This document shows, piece after piece, positions 50,600 to 60,195 of a stretch of DNA of 64,000 nt. The notes under the pieces were generated by a model that had not been told where the DNA came from, did no database searches, and worked only from the letters and a program-made list of their open reading frames with translations. This stretch comes from the human T2T-CHM13v2.0 reference genome, Homo sapiens, in the NCBI RefSeq assembly GCF_009914755.1, contig NC_060929.1. One strand, 5' to 3'. Every line of letters starts with the position of its first letter. The stretch's first letter is position 1. A program made the position numbers and the translations under genes.

Positions 50600-51080
50600 G
50601 AGGCTGTGGTTCATGACAGATCTTCACATGTTTGGTGGGCACCCACACAGGCACCTGATTGTCACCTGGAGAGACACAAGTAAATCCTCTTCCCTATAAA
50701 ATCATCTTTCCTTTTTCCCAGCTCTTTGTTTGTGCATCCCTCCACCATATATCTTGTCCAGCCTTTTTATTTTCTTTTGTCCTCTCAGGTGTTGTTTAGC
50801 TGCTGTCAAGGGTTGAATCACAGCATTAACAGCCCTTAAATCTTTTGACATTCTCCATTTTCCTGATTTTTTTCTTAATGACAAATACATGAGAATTCCA
50901 AGGGGGAAAAGTAGGCTCTATATGTCCCTTTTGCAATTGTTCCTTCACCAGTTCTTTTAAAGCCTCCAGTTTTTCCTGTTTCAATGGCCATTGCTCCACC
51001 CAAACCAGTTTGACTGTTAGCCAAACAAGAGGAATGGGAGCCAGAGGCTCAACAATGGCTGCTCCTAAAAATGACACCCC
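50600..51080 (-). pseudogene. pol: pol remnant: RT N-terminus fused to integrase C-terminus
   Basis: [21 protein letters not shown]...[27 protein letters not shown] joined to TAAKQHL..., WWRDAQTKSWEKG, GRGF.CVSPG, VWVP. Confidence 0.88.
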
Positions 51081-52780
51081 AATCTGGTCCAATCTGTTTG
51101 CCCTTCTAATTCTAAAGGTTCTGATTGGCCATTTTTAATCTTTTTCTAGTCCTTTTCCTGGTTGATATCCCACATTTTTCATCATTTGTCTACTATTATT
51201 ACTATATTGATCCATGGGAGTAGATATTTCAGCATCTTATTGTTGCAATAAGTCTCTACTCCATAAATTGACAGGAATAGGTGTAATGATAGGTTGAATT
51301 GTCCCTTCCTGACCATCCAGCCCTTGACATGGTAAAATCAAAGAACTTTGAAAAACTTCTGAGGCAGCTCCTATTCCAGCAATACCAATAGATGCCTTTT
51401 GCATAGGCCACTGCCAGGGCCATTGATTTATAGCAATAATAAAGACGTCAGCTCCAGTATCTACTAGTCCTTCAAAATCTTTTCCCTGAATAGTTACTGT
51501 GCAAATAGATCTTTTGTCAGATACTTGATTAACCCAATACACAGCCTTTCCTGCTGGATTAGTATTACCAAAGCCTCCTGTTCTTTTCAGTTTGCTGCTT
51601 CCTAGTTTTATGTAAGGTAACAGCAACAACTGAGCAATTCTTTCTCCTGGAGAGGTAGACCATGGAGTCAAGGAACTAATAACTAATTGAATTCCTCCAG
51701 TATAATCAGAGTCAATTATTCCCATATGCACAGTGACAACTTTTAAATTTAGACTAGAACTTCCAAGTGAGAGGTGAAGCTGGCTGGGCTTCTGGGTCGG
51801 GTGGGGACTTGGAGAACTTTTCTGTCTAGCTAAGGGATTGTGAATACACCAATCAGCGCTCTGTGTCTAGCTAAAGGTTTGTAAACACACCAATCAGCGC
51901 TCTGTGTCTAGCTAGTCAGGTAGGGGACTTGGAGAACTTTTCTGCCTAGCTAAAGGATTGTAAATGCACCAGTCAGCACTCTGTGTCTAGCTAAAAGTTT
52001 GTAAACGCACCAATCAGCACTCTTTAAAACGGACTAATGAGCACCCTGTAAAATGGACCAATCAGTTCTCTGTAAAATGCACCAATCAACAGGATGTAGG
52101 TGGGCCCAAATAAGGTAATAAAAGCAGGCCACCTGAGCCAGCAGCGGCAACCAGCTCGGGTCCCCTTCTATGCTGTGGAAGCTGTGTTCTTTTGCTCTTT
52201 GCAATAAATCTTGCTGCTGCTCACTCTTTGGGTCCGCACTACCTTTATGAGCTGTAACACTCACCACGAAGGTCTGCAGCTTCACTCCTGAAGCCAGCAA
52301 GACCATGAACCCACCAGGAGGAATGAACAACTCCAGACGTGCCAACTTTAAGAGCTGTAACACTCACTGCAAAGGTCTGCAGCTTCGCTCCTCAAGTCAG
52401 CAAGACCATGAATATCTGAAGGAAAAAACTCTGGACACACCATCTTTAAGAACTGTAACACTCACTGTGAGCGTCCACGGCTTCATTCTTGAAGTCAGCG
52501 AGACCAATAACCCACCGGAAGGAACCAATCCCGGACACACAAGTAATAGACCGACTGTTCCTGAGGGTAAGCATCCCCTAACTCCCGTGGGGACCTTCTT
52601 TGATGGTTCTCCAGGAAGTAAGGAGACAGGAATTGTGCTGTGGAAATCTATGGCAGCACTGCCTGCTGAGGAGGGGGACAACTGTTGTACGTTTGTATAC
52701 GTTTGTAAGTGTACTGGCTGTGCTGGGTATGCCTTGGTATGTTGAGGGGCTCGAGGCGGGCCCTCTTCCCATTTCCCAAA
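51066..52780 (-). pseudogene. pro: pro: dUTPase, aspartic protease and G-patch, split by LTR12
   Basis: AGSAAID, VPTGV.G, GIIDSDYTG, GERIAQLLL, RTGGFG (dUTPase); LVDTGAD, NLWSRDLL (protease); GYQPGKGL (G-patch). Confidence 0.92.
51768..52539 (+). mobile_element. ERV9 LTR12 solo LTR (short type, 772 bp) inside the HERV-K dUTPase
   Basis: TGAGAGGTGAAGC...CCGGACACA; 4-bp TSD caag (51764-67, 52540-43); tandem CCAAT units, AATAAAA box, U5 repeats. Confidence 0.95.
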
Positions 52781-54301
52781 AGAGGTTGTCCATTTTTGCT
52801 AAATTTAGAATGACACTGACTTGCCCAGTGATTGCCTTTCTTACACTGGGGGCATACACTTGGACTTTTCTGTTGATTGATGGTAGTAGTTTTTGCCTTT
52901 TGATTTCCTTTTCTACATTCCTTTCTACTGTGTCCAAATTGCCCACAATTAAAGCAAGAGCCTAAGAAATGGGGCATATTCTTTCCTACTCTTAATCCAG
53001 CCATAGCCTGATCTGAAAAAGCCTTATGTAAGTTACCTCCAATGCCATCTCAAGCCTTAATATATTCAGCTAAATAAGCCTTCCCTCTCAGTGGTCTAAG
53101 AGCAGTTTGACATTCTGCATTAGCATTATCATATGCAAGAAGCTGTATTACAACATCCTGAGCTGTCTTATCAGTTATGACTTTATACACAGCCTCTTGG
53201 AGCACAGCAATAAAATCAATATATGGTTCTTTAGGTCCTTGTTGGACAGAACTGAAAGAAGGATATTTCTCACCCGTAACATTTATCCTTTCCCATGCCT
53301 GTAAGCACACAAAGTGCAGCTGAACAATGGCAACATCCTCCATTACTGCTTGATTCTCTAATCGACCCCAATTATGGCCAACTCCCATTAACTGTTCAAA
53401 GGAAATAGGCACAGGTGGCTGTGCTTGTGTGTTTTCCTTTGTCTGAGATTGAGTTTCATCAGACCACCAGGTTTTAAACTGCAAGTACTGAGATGTAGTG
53501 AGAACAGATTTTGTCAAAGTATCCCAATCATATGGTATTAATCTATTATCAAGAACCATATTTTTTAATAAAGTTTGCACAAAAGGAGAGTTCGGTCCGT
53601 ATTGACTAATGACTTGTTAAATTCCTTTAGTAACTCAAAAGGGAAAACGGCCCCATTAGCTATATTCTGTCCTCTCTGCTGGATTATAGTAATGGGAAAT
53701 TGCCATGCTTCAAGGTTTCCCTTAGCTCTAGCTTTTGAAATAAAATTTTGGGTAGCACCACCAATTGCTCCAGGTTTTAATGTTGCAACCACAGGAGCAG
53801 TAAGTTTTTCAGCTAATTTGTCTTCTCACCCATTAAGAGGAGAGAGAGGAGGTGACCATTCACTTAATTCAGCAGGTGGAGCCGACAGGCTAGTAAAACA
53901 TACTTTTTTTTTAGTTTTCCTTTCTTTTCTTTAATCTCCTCCAGTAGCTGTCCCTCACACTCAGAATCTGAAGTTAGTTTTTCACACTCATCCTCTTCCT
54001 CATCTGAATCTGCCTCATCATCTGTTTGAAATGGCTCAACTGCTGCCTTTATTAGCTCCCACTTTGACAAAACAGAAACTGGAATTTCTGCTCCCTTTTT
54101 CTACACCTTTTTAAAATCTCTTCCAATTCTCTCCCATTGATACAACTCCATAGTTCCTTGTTCAGGAAACCATGGACAAAACTGCTTTACTGTACTAAAG
54201 AGTGATAACAAATTCTGAGTACTAACTTTCACTCTCCCTCTTCATAGTAAATGCCTTAAGAAATTTAAGTAAGTAGAGTGTCTGCTTTCATTTTGTCCCA
54301 T
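52648..54301 (-). pseudogene. gag: gag (MA-CA-NC), disrupted
   Basis: MGQNES start at 54301; CPWFPEQG; MHR QGPKEPYIDF; zinc knuckles CFNCGQFGHSRKEC and CPQCKKGNHWASQC. Confidence 0.92.
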
Positions 54302-54427
54302 TGTTACCCTGGTTCTTCCGAGTGCTCAGCTTTCCCACCGAGCTTCTTTTAGACATCCTCTGGTGTCCTTTGACTATGCGTCCTCCGCTTTCATATGCTC
54401 TAGCATTCCTTCACCAGGGTCTTTGTC

Positions 54428-54446
54428 ACCCCATGTTGGGCAGCCA
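54428..54446 (-). promoter_or_regulatory. Primer-binding site, tRNA-Lys(CUU)-like
   Basis: Minus strand TGGCTGCCCAACATGGGGT versus the Lys1,2 PBS TGGCGCCCAACGTGGGGC, 4 nt from the 5' LTR. Confidence 0.8.
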
Positions 54447-54450
54447 GCAA

Positions 54451-54793
54451 TGTTGGAGTGATCACACCCAACAACAGGTCATGGGGGCGACGAAGTCTGG
54501 TGGAGTCAAAGGAATGAGAAAAAGACAGTTTGAGAGACAAAGTGGGACCAGGGGCCCATCGCAAGTGTGGAGGCTGCAAAGGCCCCAAGCTCTGGGAGCC
54601 CATGCTATTTATTGGTGCTCAAACAAATAGGTAGTGAGGATGCGGGGATTGAGAGGAAACAGTGTACCAACTGAATGAGAAACATATGGTTGCTTGAGAT
54701 AACGGGAGTGCTAGAAGCAAAGAGCCAGTAAGTCTAGCAGACATGCAAGCCCTGCCTCAGCTTCTCTCCCACAACTCAGCTTTCCTCCCAACA
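54451..54793 (-). mobile_element. 5' LTR (LTR14A-like, 343 bp)
   Basis: TGTTGGGAG...CCAACA on the minus strand; AATAAA present; ~90% identical to the 3' LTR by hand count. Confidence 0.92.
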
Positions 54794-55583
54794 GTATTCT
54801 CTGATGGTAGTTTGTATTTCTGTGGGATCAGTGGTGATCTCCCCTTTATCAATTTTTATTGTGTCTATTTGATTTTTCTCTCTTTTCTTCTTTATTAGTC
54901 TGGCTAGTGGTCTCTCTATTTTGTTAATGTTTTCCAAAAACCAGCTCCTCGATTCATTGGTTTTTTGAAGGTTTTTTTGTCTCTCTATCTCCTTCAGTTC
55001 TTCTCTGATTTTAGTTATTTCTCGTCTTCTGCTAGCTTTTGAATTTGTTTGCTCTTGCTTCTCTAGTTCTTTTAATTGTGATGTTAGGGTGTCTATTTTA
55101 GATCTTTCCCTCTTTCTCCTTTGGGCACTTAGTGCTATAAATTTTCCTCTAAACACTGCTTTGGCTGTGTCCCAGATATTCTGGTATGTTTTGTCTTCAT
55201 TCTCATTGGTTTAAAGAACTTCTTTATTTCTGCCTTAATTTCATTATTTTCCCAGCAGTCATTCAGGAGCAGGTTGTTCAGTTTCCATGTAGTTGTGCAG
55301 TTTTGAGTGAGTTTCTTAATTCTGAGTTCTAATTTGATTGCACTGTGGTCTGAGAGACTGTTACAATTTCCATTGTTTTGCATTTGCTGAGGAGTGTTTT
55401 ACTTCCAATTATGTGGTCAATTTTAGAGTAAGTGCTATGTGGTGCTGAGAAGAATGTATATTCTGTTGATTTGGGGTGGAGAATTCTGTAGATGTCTATT
55501 AAGTCTGCTTGTTCCAGAGCTGAGTTCAACTCCTGAATATCCTTGTTAATTTTCTGTCTCATCAATCTGTCTAATACTGACAG

Positions 55584-56996
55584 TGACAGGTGACAACGTG
55601 CTAGCAGCCCTCACTTGCTCTCGGCGCCTCCTCGGCCTCGGCATCTACTCTGGCCACACTCGAGGAGCCCTTCAGCCAGCAGCTGTGCTAGGAGGGCCCC
55701 TCTCTGGGGCTGTCTGAGGCTGGAGCCGGCTCCTTCTAGTTGCTGGGAAGTGTGAAGAGAGAGGCGCGGGTGGCAGCCGGGGCTGCGTGCAGCACTCGCG
55801 AGCCAGCGCATGTTCCAGGTGAGCGCAGGCTCAGTAAGCCCTGCACTGTGCACAGCCTGCCGGAGCCTGCTGGGCTTGATCAGAGGCTGAATCCCATGCG
55901 GGGACTGCCTTTCCCTCTTCGCAGGATCATTGGCCATGATGGTGGGTCTCCGTCTCTTTCTTGCTTCCCCTCTTTTCCTCTTGGTTGTCTGGGATGAGCT
56001 CCCTCTGGGCTGCCAGAGTGCCTGGGCTAGGTGCTGCAAAGTCCCACGGCGAGTGCCAATGAGAAGTGAAGCCTGCTGGGCTTCTGGGATGGGTGGGGAC
56101 TTGGAGAACTTTTCTGTTTAGCTAAAGGATTGTAAACACACCAATTAGCATTCTGTTTCTAGCTAAAGGTTTGTAAACACACCAATCAGCCCTCTGTGTC
56201 TAGTTAAAGGTTTGTAAATGCACCAATCAGCGCTCTGTGTCTAGCTAATCTGGTGGGGACTTGGAGAACTTTTGTGTCTAGCTAAAGGATTCTAAACACA
56301 CCAATCAGCACTCTGTGTCTAGCTAAAGGTTAGTAAATGCACCAATCAGCTCTCTGTAAAATGGACCAATCAGCTCCTGTAAAATGGACCAATCAGCAGG
56401 ATGTGGGTGGGTCCAGGTAAGGGAATAAAAGCAGCCACCTGAGCCAGCAGTGGCAACCCACTCGGGTCTCCTTCCACGCTGTGGAAGCTTTGTTCTTTCA
56501 CTCTTTGCAATAAATCTTGCTGCTGCTCACTCTTTGGGTCTGTGCCGCCTCTATGAGCTGTAACACTCACCGTGAAGGTCTGCAGCTTCACTCCTGAAGC
56601 CAGTGAGACCACGAACCAACCAGGTGGGATGAACAACTCCAGACAGGAGGAACAAACAACTCCAGAAGCGCCACCTTTATGAACTATAACACTCACCACG
56701 AAGGTCTGCAGCTTCACTCCTGAGGCCAGGGAGACCACAAACCCACCAGGAGAAATGAGAAACTCCAGAAACACTACCTTTAAGAGCTGTAACACTCACC
56801 GTTACGGTCTGCAGCTTCACTCCTGAAGTCAGCAAGACCGTGAACCCACCAGTAGGAAGAAACTCTGGATACGTCTGAACATCAGAAGGAAAAAACTCCG
56901 GACACACCATCTTTAAGAGCTGTAACACTAACTGCCAGGGTCTGCGGCTTCATTCTTGAAGTCAGTGAGACCAAGAACCCACCAATTCCAGACACA
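55584..56996 (+). mobile_element. ERV9 LTR12 solo LTR (long, LTR12D/E-like, 1413 bp) inside the L1 endonuclease region
   Basis: TGACAGGTGACAACGTGCTAGCAG...CCAGACACA; 4-bp TSD acag (55580-83, 56997-57000); GC-rich 5' extension, then the LTR12 core from ~56060. Confidence 0.95.
56130..56432 (+). promoter_or_regulatory. LTR12 U3 enhancer/promoter: tandem CCAAT (NF-Y) repeats and an AATAAAA TATA-like box
   Basis: Repeated 'accaatcagc' units and 'gggaataaaagcag'; equivalent array at ~51845-52125. Confidence 0.75.
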
Positions 56997-57517
56997 ACAG
57001 TGGGGTGTTAAAGTCTCTGCCTATTATTGTGTGGGAGTCTATGTCTCTTTGTAGGTCTCTAAGAACTTTCTTCATGAATCTGGGTGCTCTGGTATTGGGT
57101 GCATATATATTTATGATAGTTAGCTCGTCTTGTTGCATTGATCTCTTTACCATTATGTAATGCCCTTCTTTGTCTTTTTTATCTTTGTTGTTTAAAGTCT
57201 ATTTCATCAGAGACTAGGAATGCAACCTCTTTTCTTTTTTTTTTTTTTTGGTTTCCATTTGCTTGGTAAATATTCCTTTATCCCTTTATTTTGAGCCTAT
57301 GTGTGTCTTTGCACATGAGATGGGTCTCCTGAATACAACACACTGAGGTTCTTGACTCTTTATACAGTTGGCCAGTCTGTGCCTTTTAATTGGGGCATTT
57401 AGCCCATTTACATTTAAGGTTAAAATTGTGATGTGTGAATTTGATCCTGTCATTACGAGATGCTAGCTGGTTATTTGCCCATTAGTTGATGCAGTTTCTT
57501 CACAGTGTTGATGGTCT

Positions 57518-58538
57518 TTACATTTTGGTTTGTTTTTGCAGTGGCCAGTATTGGTTTTTCCTTTTCATATTTAGCGCTACCTTCAGGAGCTCTTGTAAGA
57601 CAGCCCTAGTGGTGACAAAATCCCTCAGTATTTGCTTGTCTGTAAAGGATTTCATTTCTCCTTCACAAATGAAGCTTAGTTTGGCTGGATGTGAAATTCT
57701 GGGTTGAAAATTATTTTCTTTAAGAATGTACAATATTGGCCCCCACTCTCCTCTGGCTTGTAGGGTTTCTGCAGAGAGATCCACTGTTAGCCTGATGGGC
57801 TTCCCTTTGTGGGTAACCCAACCTTTCTATCTGGCTGCCCTTAACAATTTTTTCTTCATTTCAACCTTGGTGAATCTGATGATTATGTGTCTTGAGGTTG
57901 TTCTTCTCAAGGAGTATCTTTGTGGTGTTCTCCGTATTTCCTGAATTTGAATTTGGGCCTGTCTTGCTAGGTTGGGGAAATCTCCTGGATAATATACTGA
58001 AGTGTGTTTTCCAACTTGGTTCCATTCTCCCTGTCACTTTCAGGTACACCAATCAAGTGTAGGCTTGATCTTTTCACATAGTCCCATATTTCTTGGAGAA
58101 TTTATTCATTCCTTTTCATTCTTTTTTCTCTAATCTGGTCTTCACGCATTATTTCATTAAGTTGATCTTCAATCTCTGATATCCTTTCTTCTGCTTAATT
58201 TATTCAGCTATTGATATTTGCATATGCTTCATGAAGTTCTCATGCTGTGTTTTTCAGCTCCATCGGGACATTTATGGTCTTCTCTAAACTGGTTATTCTA
58301 GTTAGCAATTCCTCTAACTTTTTATCAAGGTTCTTAGCTTCCTTGCATTGGGTTAGAACATGCTCCTTTGGCTCGGAGGAATTTGTTATTACCCACCTTC
58401 TGAAGCCTACTTCTCTCAATTCATCAAACTCATTCTCCATCCAGTTTTCTTGCTGGCAAGGAATTGTGATCCTCTGGAGAAGTAGAGGCATTCTGGCCTT
58501 TGTAATTTTCAGCCTTTTTGCACTGTTTTTTTTCTCAT
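57518..58538 (-). pseudogene. L1 ORF1p, frameshifted
   Basis: Fragments WMENEFDELREVGFRRWVITN and DLSAETLQARGEWGPI..LKENNFQPRISHPAKLSF. Confidence 0.9.
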
Positions 58539-60172
58539 CTTCATGGATTTATCTATCTTTGGCCTTTGCTGTTGGTGAACTTCGGATGGAGTTTTTGTGT
58601 GGTCATCATTTTTGTTGTTGTTGCTGCTATTGTTTTCTGTTTTTTAGTTTTCCTTCTAACAGTCAGGCCCCTCTGCTGCAGGTCTGCTGGAGTTTGCTGG
58701 GAGCCCACTCCAGACCTTGTTTGCCTGGGTATCACCTGCGGCAGCTGAAGAACAGCAAAGATTGCTGTCTCTCCTTCCTCTGGAAGCTTTGTCCCAGAGG
58801 GGCACCTGCCAGGTGCCAACCAGAACTCTCCTGTGGGAGGTGTCTCTCAATTCTTGCTGGGAGGTGTCTCCCCATCAGAAGGCATGGGGGTCAAGGACCC
58901 ACTTGAGGAGGCAGTCTGTCCTTTAGCAGAGCTCGAGCACTGTGCTTGGAGATCCTCTGCTTTCTTCGGAGCTGGCAGTTGGGAACATTTAAGTCTGCTG
59001 AAACTGCACCCACAGCTGCCCCTTCCCCCAAGTGCTCTATCCCAGGGAGATGGCAGTTTTATCTACAAGCCCCTGACTGGGACTGCTGCCTTTCTCTCAG
59101 AGATGCCCTGCCCAGAGAGGAGGAATCTTGAGAGGCAGTCTGGCTACAGCACCTTTACGGTGCTGCAGTGGGCTCCATTCAGTTTGAACTCCCTGGCAGC
59201 TTTGTTTACACTGTGAGGGGAAAACCGCCTACTCAAGCCTCAGTAATGGTGGACCCCCCCTCCCCCCACCAAGCTCAAGCATCCCAGGTCGACTTCAGAC
59301 TGCTGTGCTGGCAGTGAGAGTTTCAAGCCAGTGGATCTTAGCTTACTGGGCTCTGTGAGTATAGGATTCGCTGAGCAAGACCTCTTCACTCCCTAGCTTC
59401 AGCCCCCTTTCCAGGGGAGTGAATGGTTCTGTCTCACTGGCATTCCAGGTGCCACTGGGGTACAAAAAAAAAACTCCTTCAGCTAGTTCTGTGTCTGCTC
59501 TAACTGCCACCCAGTTTTGTGCTTGAAAGCCAGGTTCCTTGTGGTGTAGATACCTGAGGGAATCTCCTGGTCTGTGGATTGTGAAGACCATGGGAAAAGC
59601 ATAGTATGTGGGCCAGATAGCACTGTCCCTCATGGCTTCCCTTGGTTAGGGGAGAGAGTTCCCCTACCCCTTGTGCTTCCCGGGCAAGGCGACACCTCAC
59701 CATGTTTTTGCTCACCCTCTGTTGGCTGCACCCACTTTCTAACCATTCCCAGTGGGATTAACTGGGTACCTCAGTTGGAAATACAGAAATCACCTGCCTT
59801 CTGTGTTGGTCTTTCTGCGAGCTGCAGTCCGGAGCTGTTCCTATTCACCCATCTTGCCCAAGCTTCCCCAAATTTTATTTTTTTAGGATGAACTTGGATT
59901 GGGTTTTTGGTATATGAATACCTGTGTATCCATTACATGAGTTGATTACTCATCAGCATAAGTTTGTGGTTTTAAAAAATCATGTTCCCTGTATTGCTAT
60001 CTAGCTATTAGCTATAGCCTTTACACACATGCCAATGTTTAAATACTCTGTATCAAAACAAGCAGAAATATCAATAATTGAGAAAATATATGCATAGTTC
60101 AGAATCCTAAATATTATTTTGGCTGCCTCATTTTTCATTGTCTGAAGGACAAATGGGAAATTAACCAAAAGC

Positions 60173-60195
60173 AAAAAAAAAAAAAAAAAAAAAAA
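60173..60195. repeat. Poly-A tract
   Basis: Run of ~23 A. Confidence 0.9.

Larger units (their letters stand above)
49519..54793 (-). mobile_element. HERV-K (betaretrovirus-like, LTR14A/HML-1-type) provirus, env-less with most of pol deleted
   Basis: Two ~340-bp TG...CA LTRs; 5-bp TSD gtatt (49514-18, 54794-98) that restores the L1 sequence; Lys PBS; PPT; gag, dUTPase-pro and pol remnants. Confidence 0.93.
46930..57453 (-). pseudogene. L1 ORF2p (EN-RT-Cys), disrupted by stops, frameshifts, the provirus and LTR12D
   Basis: Start MTGSNSHITIL at 57453; [48 protein letters not shown]. Confidence 0.92.
46727..59869 (-). mobile_element. Full-length L1PA7-like LINE-1 (~6.45 kb once the nested insertions are removed)
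   Basis: 5' end 'ggagctgttcctattcacccatcttgccc'; 5'UTR, ORF1, ORF2 and 3'UTR collinear; 16-bp TSD aaatttt(g/a)ttttttta at 46711-46726 and 59870-59885. Confidence 0.95.

Noticed and set aside
51768-56996. Apparent ERV9 provirus (LTR12-gag-LTR12)
   Set aside because: Each LTR has its own different TSD, and the interior is antisense HERV-K and L1 sequence.
58247-58906. Longest ORF in the window (219 aa, plus strand)
   Set aside because: Antisense shadow of L1 ORF1 and 5'UTR with Phe/Leu/Cys-rich low-complexity content; not a gene.
59246-59317. L1 ORF0-like antisense ORF (ATG at 59246)
   Set aside because: Appears frameshifted in the poly-C run and stops after 23 codons.
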